In this document: one piece after another, positions 17,778 through 27,121 of the stretch | How positions within the stretch are numbered: the stretch's first letter is position 1 | Layout: the number at the start of each line of letters is the position of its first letter | IMG/VR virus record: IMGVR_UViG_3300037337_000170 | Coordinates: 64,648-128,647 of that record | Length of the DNA: 64,000 bases | From: a virus | Reading direction: 5' to 3' (one strand) | Notes under the pieces: model-generated | What the model was told of the DNA's origin: nothing | The model's database searches: none | The model's input: the letters and a program-made list of their open reading frames with translations, nothing else | Made by a program: the position numbers and the translations under genes

Positions 17778-19040
17778 ATGTCAACAAACCAACAACTGTT
17801 AAAGAAATGGGCTCCGATTCTGGAATCTACTTCAATGCCAGCAATCGCTGATAACCAGCGTAAAATGGACATCGCTGTCCTATTAGAAAACCAAGAACGT
17901 GCGCAACGTGAAGAGCGTGCAGTACTATTCGAAGATGCTCCAGGCAACTCAGCCGGCGCCATGCCAGATACCGGCGGTGTTGCTAAGTTTGATCCAGTTC
18001 TAATTAGCCTGGTTCGCCGTGCTATGCCAGCAATGATCGCCTACGACATGTGTGGTGTTCAACCAATGACCCAGCCAACTGGTCTTATCTTCGCAATGAA
18101 GTCAAAGTACTCCAGCCAGGGCGGAACTGAAGCCCTATTCAACGAAGCCGATACCGACTTCTCTGGTAAGGGTACTCATGCAGGCGACGGTTCTGCTGCA
18201 GGTTCAACCACCGGCACCGGTATGTCAACTGCTGAAGCAGAAACTCTAGGCTCACTAAACGGCACCCCAGGTGGTACGTTCAACGAAATGGCCTTCTCTA
18301 TCGAGAAGACTTCAGTGGTTGCTCAGTCTCGTGCCCTAAAAGCAGAATACAGTGTTGAGCTTGCTCAAGACTTGAAGGCTGTTCACGGTCTAGATGCTGA
18401 AGCCGAACTAAGCAACATTCTTTCACAAGAAATTATCAACGAAATTAACCGTGAAGTTATTCGTACGGTATATAGTTCTGCACGAATTGGTGCACAGGTT
18501 GGTACCGCAGTGGCTGGTGCATTCGACTTAGATGTTGATTCTAACGGTCGTTGGTCAGTTGAAAAATTCAAAGGCCTATTGTTCCAAATCGAACGTGAAG
18601 CCAATGCAATTTACCAACAAACTCGTCGTGGCAAGGGTAACTTCATTGTCTGTTCTTCAGACGTGGCTTCTGCCCTAGCGATGGCTGGTGTGCTTGATTA
18701 CGCTCCTGCGCTATCAACCAACCTAAATGTAGATGAAGCATCTTCAACCTTTGCTGGCGTGCTTAACGGTCGCTACAAAGTGTATGTTGATCCATTCGCT
18801 GCAAACCAGACTGCTGAACAGTTTCTAATGGTAGGTTACAAGGGCACCAGCCGCTTTGATGCTGGCGCCTTCTATTGCCCATACGTACCTCTCCAACTCT
18901 ACCGTGCTACGGACCCGCTTACGTTCCAACCAAAACTAGCATTCCGGACTCGATATGGGTTCGTTGCAAACCCATTCACCTCGCTAGCTGCTAATACCAA
19001 TATTTACTTCCGTAAAATTCGTATTCTCAACTTAATGTGA
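17778..19040 (+). CDS. gp23: Major capsid protein gp23
   Basis: LLENQ, DPVLISLVRR, GVQPM..PTGLIFA, SRALKAEY, EINREVIR, GRWSVEKFKGL and FYCPYVPL motifs. Confidence 0.98.
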   Translation: MSTNQQLLKKWAPILESTSMPAIADNQRKMDIAVLLENQERAQREERAVLFEDAPGNSAGAMPDTGGVAKFDPVLISLVRRAMPAMIAYDMCGVQPMTQPTGLIFAMKSKYSSQGGTEALFNEADTDFSGKGTHAGDGSAAGSTTGTGMSTAEAETLGSLNGTPGGTFNEMAFSIEKTSVVAQSRALKAEYSVELAQDLKAVHGLDAEAELSNILSQEIINEINREVIRTVYSSARIGAQVGTAVAGAFDLDVDSNGRWSVEKFKGLLFQIEREANAIYQQTRRGKGNFIVCSSDVASALAMAGVLDYAPALSTNLNVDEASSTFAGVLNGRYKVYVDPFAANQTAEQFLMVGYKGTSRFDAGAFYCPYVPLQLYRATDPLTFQPKLAFRTRYGFVANPFTSLAANTNIYFRKIRILNLM

Positions 19041-19086
19041 TTGTATGGTATAGAAATATACCGATCAGTATACAAAGATGATACTC

Positions 19087-19112
19087 AAAAGGGACCGCAA
19101 GGTCCCTTTTTT
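19087..19112. terminator. Bidirectional intrinsic terminator
   Basis: AAAAGGGACC-GCAA-GGTCCCTTTTTT between convergent genes. Confidence 0.85.
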
Positions 19113-19123
19113 ATGCCTAGAAT

Positions 19124-20419
19124 TTATTTCAGTAGAAATACCTTGTGGCCACAATCCCAAAACTTCCTATATTTTGCTGCGAACATAGATTCATCCTCGG
19201 TTCCATCTATAAATTTCGAACCTAACAGAGTTTTCAATTTAGACTTTTGTGTCTGATAACGGGTTAGGCATTTACCACCGTTTGTCCAGAAATAACCTGG
19301 TTCGGTTGTTCTAATGTGCTCGAAGCCGGCCAAAGAGTATACCTTACCGGTGCCATATCTTTTATCACAATAACTCAGAATAGACCCAACATAAGTTGAT
19401 CGAAAGTGAGATAAAAGCTTCTGAAAGCCACCAATAACATTATAGCCTGTTTCGGATGCAAATCTAATAAGCTCCCAATCTGCTTCCACAGTAAATCGCG
19501 GCTTCTTAAATGATACAACCTGCATAAGTTGGCCTTCGAATAATAGCCCTAGATTGACTTTTGCTACTGCATTGCCAGAAATATGATTTTTATCCATGAA
19601 CTCTTTTGTTTGTTTGGCTGTAAGTTCTTGCACAATACATTTTCTAGCATAGAGTTTATTACCAAGACCAAGCCTGGAGTTAATCATAGACATAACAAGT
19701 TCTTGCTTTTCTGTAATTTCCTTATCAGTAAAATGCATTAACAGGATACCACTTTTTTCTACACTATCACTTTTATGTAGATGTTTGTGTTTAATTTCTC
19801 TACTAATCGCCTTGCTACTAGCCGAGTGCCAATAGAGCCCATTTATTTCTATGGCGAGATTGTTGTTTGGAAAATAAATATCGAGGTGTTTTGGTTTTAT
19901 TACTGTTTTATCATTTAACAGCATAGCCCCGGAAAAAACCTTTTTGAGTTCATTGACCAAAGTTATTTCTACAAAGCTTCTCTGAAAATCATCATTACGT
20001 TCGATATTATGCCCATCAACAAATGCTAGAATCGTCCCGTAGTGAACATCAAGTTCTTTACCTAGTTCTTGTGATGATCTACCCTTTGTTTTATATTCCT
20101 CAAATACCCAAGTCTTATCCGATAGTTTTTTGAGTACTTCTTCCGAAAGTTTAGATTTTTTCCAAAGATGTTTTAGATCGGGTCTTTGAGAATTGAATCT
20201 ATAACCGGTTTTAGCCAATAAGGTCTCTTCCCGTTTTTTCTGTGATGATTTTTCATTTCTATTTGCTATGGAGTCCTTCATAATAAATGCTAGGTCCTTA
20301 TTCTTACACTTGTTCGAGCAGTAGTTGGACATAGTAACAGTACCACCATTAATATTAACCAAACATGGATCTCCGCACATTTTACATTCGCTATGTGGTT
20401 GATCTGTAAGAATCATCAT
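19124..20419 (-). CDS. Hef-like homing endonuclease (Vsr/PD-(D/E)xK domain plus GNAT-like C-terminus); N-terminus probably frameshifted, with original start at 20571
   Basis: LDIYFP...AIEINGLYWHS, YARKC, WELIRFAS...GGFQKL, SYCDKRY and WDCG motifs. Confidence 0.75.
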   Translation of the reverse strand: MMILTDQPHSECKMCGDPCLVNINGGTVTMSNYCSNKCKNKDLAFIMKDSIANRNEKSSQKKREETLLAKTGYRFNSQRPDLKHLWKKSKLSEEVLKKLSDKTWVFEEYKTKGRSSQELGKELDVHYGTILAFVDGHNIERNDDFQRSFVEITLVNELKKVFSGAMLLNDKTVIKPKHLDIYFPNNNLAIEINGLYWHSASSKAISREIKHKHLHKSDSVEKSGILLMHFTDKEITEKQELVMSMINSRLGLGNKLYARKCIVQELTAKQTKEFMDKNHISGNAVAKVNLGLLFEGQLMQVVSFKKPRFTVEADWELIRFASETGYNVIGGFQKLLSHFRSTYVGSILSYCDKRYGTGKVYSLAGFEHIRTTEPGYFWTNGGKCLTRYQTQKSKLKTLLGSKFIDGTEDESMFAAKYRKFWDCGHKVFLLK

Positions 20420-20599
20420 TACAGATTCTCTCAGAGAATAGGATTCCCATATACGGCTTTTATTTGATTATAAAGATCTGGCTGGTTGTGCTTTTCAAAA
20501 TATTCCTTCCGCGATCTCTTAGAAATAAATTTTTCATCAATAAACAGAAGATCTTTAATTTGTGTTTTCATAGCTTGTTTTGGTATAAGTGCCTATTGC

Positions 20600-20634
20600 A
20601 TTATATATCGTGTAAGATATTCTCCAAAATAAAC
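20600..20634 (-). promoter_or_regulatory. Middle-type promoter GTTTATT-N22-TATAAT for the endonuclease gene
   Basis: Reverse complement matches the motif seen before replication genes; lies 29 nt upstream of ATG 20571. Confidence 0.55.
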
Positions 20635-20666
20635 TTAAGATGCGTGAGTAGCATGGTCTATGTACG

Positions 20667-20674
20667 TATAAATA
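20667..20674 (+). promoter_or_regulatory. Late promoter TATAAATA
   Basis: Consensus upstream of ATG 20700. Confidence 0.7.
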
Positions 20675-20699
20675 ATTGTACCAAATACCTAGGTTTATT

Positions 20700-21230
20700 A
20701 TGCTATCATTTAGAGAATATCTAATGGAATCAGTTAAAGGCAATTATGTATCTATTGATGTCGATAGACCCTTAATTATCCCTAGTCTAGCAGAAAAATT
20801 TCCGACTGCAAAAATCTGTATCGATGAGCAACATGCTACCCTAATGTATTCGGAAACCACAGATATTGCGGATGAGACAATTAAAGCCTTTCTATCCAAA
20901 TATAGCAAACCATTTAAGATTAACCTGGGTACTGTAGAGGCATTTGATTCTCCTATGGATGATGGCTCTAAGTCTGAATTGTGTGCTATAGTAGTTAAGA
21001 TTGAATCTAACCTTTTATCTGAGATTCACTCTGGACTAAAAAAATTAGGTCTTAAGCATTCATATGCAGACTTTCAGCCGCATATCTCGGTTTTATATAA
21101 ACTTCCCATGGCAGATAAAAATGCTGCATTATCTTGTGTTAGAGACAACATTGAAAAGGGTGCAGAACTTATGTTAAAAGGTTATAACATAGATGCAATC
21201 GACAAATCTTGGGCCTCTAAAATAAAGTAA
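20700..21230 (+). CDS. acb1: 2H phosphoesterase, T4 57B/Acb1-like (putative anti-CBASS nuclease)
   Basis: GNYVS, HATLMYS, H...GLKHSYADFQPHISVLY and terminal WA; two HxT/S motifs. Confidence 0.75.
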   Translation: MLSFREYLMESVKGNYVSIDVDRPLIIPSLAEKFPTAKICIDEQHATLMYSETTDIADETIKAFLSKYSKPFKINLGTVEAFDSPMDDGSKSELCAIVVKIESNLLSEIHSGLKKLGLKHSYADFQPHISVLYKLPMADKNAALSCVRDNIEKGAELMLKGYNIDAIDKSWASKIK

Positions 21231-21233
21231 CTT

Positions 21234-21776
21234 ATGTCATTTTTATCAGTACCCACTCCCGCCAAAGTAAATCCTCTATTCGGCCCAGGTAATTATTCAT
21301 TCAACTTAGTCAAGTTTCCAGAAGTAAGTTTCATGCTTCAATCGGTTGAATTACCTAGTATTCAGCTTGGTACCGCCATGATGTCGACAAGTGTACACGA
21401 TGTTCCATTACCAGGTGAAACTCTTTCCTTTTCAGATTTATCATTTACATTTATTGTTGACGAAGATATGTCTAACTACATGGCTATTCATGAATGGCTA
21501 ATGGGCCTAGGCTACCCCGAATCTCATGAAATGTATAAGGAACTTTTACGTAATTCTAAAAACACCGCTAGTCTTTCTGAGCTATCAAAAGGCTATACAG
21601 ATGGTGTTATAACCATAATGGGTAATTATAATGTTCCAGTTGTACAAGCCGTTTTTGTCGATGCATTCCCTATTAGTATTGGTGGCATGAACTTTAATAG
21701 CAACAACTCTGACTCGGAGCCAATTATCGCCACAGCAACTTTTGCATATGCTCATTATACCCTAAATAAAGTCTAA
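21234..21776 (+). CDS. gp3: Tail completion/tube terminator gp3
   Basis: P.VSF..Q.V.LP.I, PGETL.F, FIVDEDM.NY, W..GLG.PE and DAFP motifs. Confidence 0.88.
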   Translation: MSFLSVPTPAKVNPLFGPGNYSFNLVKFPEVSFMLQSVELPSIQLGTAMMSTSVHDVPLPGETLSFSDLSFTFIVDEDMSNYMAIHEWLMGLGYPESHEMYKELLRNSKNTASLSELSKGYTDGVITIMGNYNVPVVQAVFVDAFPISIGGMNFNSNNSDSEPIIATATFAYAHYTLNKV

Positions 21777-21794
21777 CAAGACTACCTTTATATT

Positions 21795-22229
21795 ATGACA
21801 CTTAGTGAATTGAAATTGCAATGGGCCCGCGATTGTATTATTGATGAAAATGATCTTGGTGGCGCCGCCATAAAGACAAGTAATTTACATTCATTTTACA
21901 TCAATGAAAATATTAACATTAAATTACAATTAGTAAAACTTCAAATGGAAGTGGCCACACTTCAGGTTGCTCGTGGCAGATACTTTCGTGGCGAGATGCC
22001 AAGTGCTGAGTTAAAAGAACGTGAATGGGAACAATGGCACTACAAAACCCTTAGAGCGGATATTGGTGATTTAATCTTAGCATCGCCTGATGTACAAATT
22101 CTATTGGGGCGTCAGGAATATCTAAAAATCATTATCGGCTTTTTAGATTCAGTTCTAGGTGAGATCAAAGCCCGCTCATTTAATATTAGAAATGCTATAG
22201 ACTGGGCCAAGTTCAGAGCAGGCAATTGA
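21795..22229 (+). CDS. uvsY: Recombination mediator UvsY
   Basis: W..D..ID...L, LHS.Y and R.F.I.NAIDW.KF.AG motifs. Confidence 0.9.
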   Translation: MTLSELKLQWARDCIIDENDLGGAAIKTSNLHSFYINENINIKLQLVKLQMEVATLQVARGRYFRGEMPSAELKEREWEQWHYKTLRADIGDLILASPDVQILLGRQEYLKIIIGFLDSVLGEIKARSFNIRNAIDWAKFRAGN

Positions 22230-22230
22230 A

Positions 22231-22324
22231 CCACTTACCGAACAACTAGAATACATAGTTTATTATATCCAGAAAAGTTCGAGCCCGAAATAAACACGAC
22301 CTATTCCATGTAACACTTTGTACA
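22231..22324 (-). promoter_or_regulatory. Repeated orphan promoter element, copy 2 (candidate origin, next to uvsY)
   Basis: Same architecture and spacing as 3999-4092. Confidence 0.65.
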
Positions 22325-22437
22325 AGTCATTTGTCAGGAATTCTTGGAATACGAGAAACCGCATAAATAATGTAATAGAATCAACAACTTAGCCGCGCGT
22401 TTTCCGAAAGCTGTGGGGATCCCCACCAAATTATATT

Positions 22438-23970
22438 ATGTCAAAAATCACAGTTACTTCTTATAATGAAACACATGTCCGTGTAAACTGTGATGACTAC
22501 GGGGTGGAAATGGAACTTCAGGAATATTTTACCTTTAGTGTCCCTGGTGCTAAATTTACACCCAAGTTTAAATCTGGTCAATGGGATGGAAACATTAAGC
22601 TACTCAACACCCGTAACAAATTATTGTACACTGGGTTAATTTCACTAGTACATAAATTTGCTAGATCCAATGGTTATGAGATTGATATTGCCAGAGAGTT
22701 AAATCCCACGATCAAGATTACCAGAGCCGAAGTATCGGATTACATGCACGGGCTTAATCTAACCGGTCGGGGTGTTCCAATTCAACTTAGAGATTACCAG
22801 ATTGATGCTGTTTATAAGGCTCTTTCAAATAAGAGGTTAATTCTAGTAAGTGCTACTGGCTCTGGCAAGTCATTGATTTTATATTCGATCATTCGCTATT
22901 GCTTAGACAAAGAACAGTCTATTGTTCTTATTGTACCGACTGTAAGTTTGGTGAATCAGATGGTTAGCGACTTTAAGGATTACAGTACGGCTAATGGTTT
23001 TGATGTAGATAAACATATCCACGGCTTATATTCTGGCAAGGATCGTATTTTTAATAAGCCTGTTACAATTTCAACTTGGCAGACATTGGCTAGTATGCAC
23101 AAGAGTGATTCAAAGAACTATTTGGCACTAACTGCAAATACCGATGTATTGCTAGCCGACGAAGCGCACACATTAAAAGCGGCTGTTGTTTCTGCGACCA
23201 TTGAAGGGTTCGTCAATACAAGCCATAGAATTGGAACCACCGGTACCCTACACGATGCACTTTGTAATAAGCTAGTGTTAATAGGTCTTTTGGGTCCGGC
23301 TCACGAGATTATATCTGCTTCCGAATTGATTGCAGCTGGTCAGGCTGTTCCAATCGACATTAAAGTTATTATTCTCAAACATCCTTCAGAGTTCTGTAAG
23401 ATGTTAAAGTCAATGGATTACAAAGAAGAACTTCAACAGATTATCTCTAATCCTGCACGTAATGCCTTTATTGCCAACCTCGCAAAATCATTATCTGGTA
23501 ATACATTAATTTTATACCGCTTTGTTGCTACCCATGGGCAAATTTTATATGATCTCATAAAAGAAAATGTAGGTGACACAAGAGCAGTTTATTTTATTCA
23601 CGGTGGTGTAGAAGTAGAGGAACGGGATAGAATTCGTCTCATTTTGGAAAATGATAAGAGTGCCATTGTTGTAGCCACTGAGTCCCTAATGTCGACAGGA
23701 ATTAATATCCCTAGTCTAGAAAATTTAATCTTTGCCTGCCCTGGTAAATCTGCAATTCGTATTCGTCAATCAATTGGAAGAACACTTCGATTAAAAGAAG
23801 GTAAGACTCATGCTACCATATATGACATTGCCGACGATTATCGAGCCTCACCAAAAGCTAGAAATAACATAACTCTTAATCATCTTAATGATAGACTAGC
23901 CATTTATGTAAAAGAGGATTTCAAATACTCAATTCGTAGACTAGAGTTAAAATATGATTATCTTGGCTGA
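22438..23970 (+). CDS. uvsW: RNA-DNA/DNA helicase UvsW
   Basis: FTF.VPG.KF...WDG, RDYQ, SATGSGKS, DEAH, GTTGT and QSIGR.LR motifs. Confidence 0.95.
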   Translation: MSKITVTSYNETHVRVNCDDYGVEMELQEYFTFSVPGAKFTPKFKSGQWDGNIKLLNTRNKLLYTGLISLVHKFARSNGYEIDIARELNPTIKITRAEVSDYMHGLNLTGRGVPIQLRDYQIDAVYKALSNKRLILVSATGSGKSLILYSIIRYCLDKEQSIVLIVPTVSLVNQMVSDFKDYSTANGFDVDKHIHGLYSGKDRIFNKPVTISTWQTLASMHKSDSKNYLALTANTDVLLADEAHTLKAAVVSATIEGFVNTSHRIGTTGTLHDALCNKLVLIGLLGPAHEIISASELIAAGQAVPIDIKVIILKHPSEFCKMLKSMDYKEELQQIISNPARNAFIANLAKSLSGNTLILYRFVATHGQILYDLIKENVGDTRAVYFIHGGVEVEERDRIRLILENDKSAIVVATESLMSTGINIPSLENLIFACPGKSAIRIRQSIGRTLRLKEGKTHATIYDIADDYRASPKARNNITLNHLNDRLAIYVKEDFKYSIRRLELKYDYLG

Positions 23971-24000
23971 TAAATACTAAAATTATAAGTTAAGATTATC

Positions 24001-25227
24001 ATGCAAAGTTTTAAAAGTTGGCTAAATGAGGCGTCAGAGGTAAATTCTCACATGACGCATCTCTCGGATTTGCTATTCATTGAAGGTATTGCCGGAACAA
24101 AAAAGGCAGTTGATTACCTTCGTGATATGCGAAAGATATTTTCCAAGTCATCAAGGAATGTGTATAGTGTAAAATGGGATGGCGCGCCGAGCGTAATTCT
24201 AGGGATTGATCCAGCAGACGGTGTCTTTTTTGTGGCCAAAAAAGGTATCTTCAATAAGAATCCCAAAGTCTATAAGACACAGGCTGACATTGATTCTGAG
24301 TTATCGGGCGAACTTAGAGATAAATTTAGTACTCTACTAAAATATGGTGTCGAATTAGGTATCACTTCTGGAATCTATCAGGGTGATTTAATGTATACAT
24401 CTGATGATTTAAAAACTGAAACTATTGATGGCGAGGCAATGGTCAAGTTTCATCCAAACACTATTGCATATGCGGTGCCTAAGACCTCGAATTTAGCTAA
24501 AAAGATTCTAAAATCTAAACTGGGTATAGTCTTTCACACCACATACACAGGTGATAGTTTTGCCAACCTTAAAGCTAACTTTGGCAAAAATATTGTAACA
24601 AAGTTCAAAACTACTCCTAATGTATGGGCTATTGACGCCACATTAACTGATGACACGGCTGAATTTACTCTGAGCGCTGGTGAATATCTTACGGTTGAGT
24701 TGCTATTAAAAGAGATTGGTCAACAGTTTCAGAAGTTAGATTCCAAACTCGTTAATAATATTTCTACCCACCCAGAATTGTCTAGTTTAGTTTTGATTTA
24801 TATTAACTCTCTTGTTAGAAAAAATAATAAGTCAATTACCCCAATGCAAATGGCAACTGGATTCCATGATTTCATTCATGCTAGATATCAAAAAGAAATT
24901 GATTCAAAGAAGACGGAAAAAAGTAAATCTGCCCTTGAGACAAAGCGTATTGAGGCTTTAAAATATTTTGAGGAATATTCTACAGTTAAAATTGCTACTA
25001 TGTTTGAATTAACCCAATCAATAGAGGCGCTAAAGGATCTGATGCTTGATAAGATGAAAGTTATTAACGGTTTGAGTCATTATCTTAAAACCAAGGATGG
25101 ATATAAGGTAACCAACCCAGAAGGTTTTGTTGCTATTAATGGGGATAAAGCTATCAAACTTGTGGATAGATTTACTTTCTCGTTGGCCAACTTTTCACCA
25201 GAAATCCAGAAAGGGTGGCAAAAATGA
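24001..25227 (+). CDS. Conserved T4-like phage protein (DUF6267-like) with ligase-type nucleotidyltransferase motifs
   Basis: SVKWDGAP (KxDG), YQGDLM, PEGFVA and KLVDR..FS.ANF; N-terminus MQSFKSWLNE. Confidence 0.65.
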   Translation: MQSFKSWLNEASEVNSHMTHLSDLLFIEGIAGTKKAVDYLRDMRKIFSKSSRNVYSVKWDGAPSVILGIDPADGVFFVAKKGIFNKNPKVYKTQADIDSELSGELRDKFSTLLKYGVELGITSGIYQGDLMYTSDDLKTETIDGEAMVKFHPNTIAYAVPKTSNLAKKILKSKLGIVFHTTYTGDSFANLKANFGKNIVTKFKTTPNVWAIDATLTDDTAEFTLSAGEYLTVELLLKEIGQQFQKLDSKLVNNISTHPELSSLVLIYINSLVRKNNKSITPMQMATGFHDFIHARYQKEIDSKKTEKSKSALETKRIEALKYFEEYSTVKIATMFELTQSIEALKDLMLDKMKVINGLSHYLKTKDGYKVTNPEGFVAINGDKAIKLVDRFTFSLANFSPEIQKGWQK

Positions 25228-25814
25228 TCTCATTTAAGGAATATCTCAATGAAGCAACATCTAAATGTGTGGTTGCTGCCTTCGGGCGGTTTCAGCCTCC
25301 TACTACCGGGCATGGCTTATTAGTTAAAAAAGTAGTTGATACAGGTAAAGCTAATAAATGTGACCACGTAATTTATCTTAGTAAAACTGAAGATCCTAAA
25401 AAGAATCCTCTTAATATTACGGATAAAGTTAAATGGGCCCGTGAGATGTTTCCTGGTGCCAATATTACTGGTGCAACTGCAGAGATTCGCACTTTTATTG
25501 AAATGATAAAACATTTAAATCAGAAATACAAAGTTCTTTATCTGGTCGCTGGCAGCGATAGGGTCCCTGAATACCAGGCCCTACTAGACAAATATAATGG
25601 TACTGAATTTAAGTATGATAAAATTGAAGTTGTATCCGCGGGCGCGCGCGACCCGGATGCTGATGGTGCTTCTGGAATGAGCGCCACTAAAATGCGAAAT
25701 GCAGCTAAGGACAATGATTTAGTTTCATTCAAAAAAGGTCTACCGACACATATGAATACACGAGCCCAGGCTATGATGGATAATATTCGTTCTGGTATGA
25801 AGATAAAGGATTAA
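25224..25814 (+). CDS. Cytidylyltransferase-like (HxGH superfamily) nucleotidyltransferase
   Basis: FGRFQPPTTGH, KNPL, VAGSDRV, SAGARDPDA and MSATKMR motifs; ATGA coupling. Confidence 0.8.
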   Translation: MISFKEYLNEATSKCVVAAFGRFQPPTTGHGLLVKKVVDTGKANKCDHVIYLSKTEDPKKNPLNITDKVKWAREMFPGANITGATAEIRTFIEMIKHLNQKYKVLYLVAGSDRVPEYQALLDKYNGTEFKYDKIEVVSAGARDPDADGASGMSATKMRNAAKDNDLVSFKKGLPTHMNTRAQAMMDNIRSGMKIKD

Positions 25815-25816
25815 TC

Positions 25817-27115
25817 ATGGCTGGACTATCCCTTTCAGAATTAAAGAAACGGCCGGGTAGGCTTCAAACCTTAGTTTCAAAGATGCAGAATAAATCTGCT
25901 TTTGGGACAGAAAGTGGGCCGCATGTCTGTAGTTCTATCTCTATTGATGAAAAGATATTCAAAGTAGATAGCGATAATTCAGCTAAAATTGTTATAGATA
26001 TTCTTTCGAATAATGCAAAAAAGATTATTATGATACCAGATGATGGATCTATGGGTATACCAATTTCAAAATTACTTAAGACAACTGAATTTGGTGGATC
26101 AGCACCAGCGCCTGGTGGCGGCTCGTCTGGCGCTAAAGGTAATAGAGGAGACATGGCAGAAGCTGTTTTTGCAGCAGCTATTACAGCCAGATTTATGACC
26201 AAGAATAAGAAAATATTATCTTCCGATGTACATTCTATTCTGAATACATTGACCTCTGATAAGATGCAACAATCACATGAGTTCGAAGGCTTCAATGAAA
26301 ACGGTAAATTCAAGGATGTAGTTATTTTCAAATTGGGACTAGCCCTTTCCAACCTAATTGCCATACAAAATAAAAGTATTAGAGAATCTATGGAAGATGT
26401 TGTAGAATCTAGTATAAAATTTGCTAATTCCAAAACAGTAGAAAATTGGGCCCAATTACTGTATAAAAATAATCAAAAAAATATTATACAAGTTATTGCT
26501 GATGGTGTAGGCGATCAAACTGGCACAAAGGTAGATGTTCGTGTTTTTGTGGATGATAAATCTACAGATGTTAATGTTTCATTAAAGGCTGGTGATGTAA
26601 AACAGTTTGGTCAGGTGGGTGGTTCTGGATTTGATAAGCAGGTTTATCTGTGGGATAAGTTGGCTAAAATAAATGTTAAGACCATCGAGAATGACTATGT
26701 TAGATTGCTCTCGGAGAAAAAACCATCTGAGGCAGTCCTATTGGCATACACCTTAGGCGCAAAAAACTTTAATTCTAAGCCTTCAAAAAAGGCATTAGAG
26801 GATTTGTCGATGGGTGTATTATTCTTTGGCACATCATTTGAAGAAAACGTAACACTAGTTCAACTAAATAGAAAAGAATCCAAGGTCTATGAGTTTGGTA
26901 AATTAAATTCTGCTCTTTTGGCTACAAATACTAAAATTACGGCAGAAGTAATTAACACCAAGGCTCAACCCGAAGTGCAATTCAGGGATAATTTCGGTGG
27001 GATTTTACTTACTGTTCGCTGTAAAACAGAGACTAAACCTAATGGTGAGGCATACATGAGAAATTATGTCGAAAAAGGTAATCTCATGGCCAAATTAGTG
27101 TCCTACTACTCATAA
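25817..27115 (+). CDS. Hypothetical protein, probable PD-(D/E)xK nuclease fold
   Basis: NRGDMAEAVFA helix; TKVDV...NVSLKAG...QFGQ restriction-endonuclease-like motif. Confidence 0.5.
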   Translation: MAGLSLSELKKRPGRLQTLVSKMQNKSAFGTESGPHVCSSISIDEKIFKVDSDNSAKIVIDILSNNAKKIIMIPDDGSMGIPISKLLKTTEFGGSAPAPGGGSSGAKGNRGDMAEAVFAAAITARFMTKNKKILSSDVHSILNTLTSDKMQQSHEFEGFNENGKFKDVVIFKLGLALSNLIAIQNKSIRESMEDVVESSIKFANSKTVENWAQLLYKNNQKNIIQVIADGVGDQTGTKVDVRVFVDDKSTDVNVSLKAGDVKQFGQVGGSGFDKQVYLWDKLAKINVKTIENDYVRLLSEKKPSEAVLLAYTLGAKNFNSKPSKKALEDLSMGVLFFGTSFEENVTLVQLNRKESKVYEFGKLNSALLATNTKITAEVINTKAQPEVQFRDNFGGILLTVRCKTETKPNGEAYMRNYVEKGNLMAKLVSYYS

Positions 27116-27121
27116 AATAAT

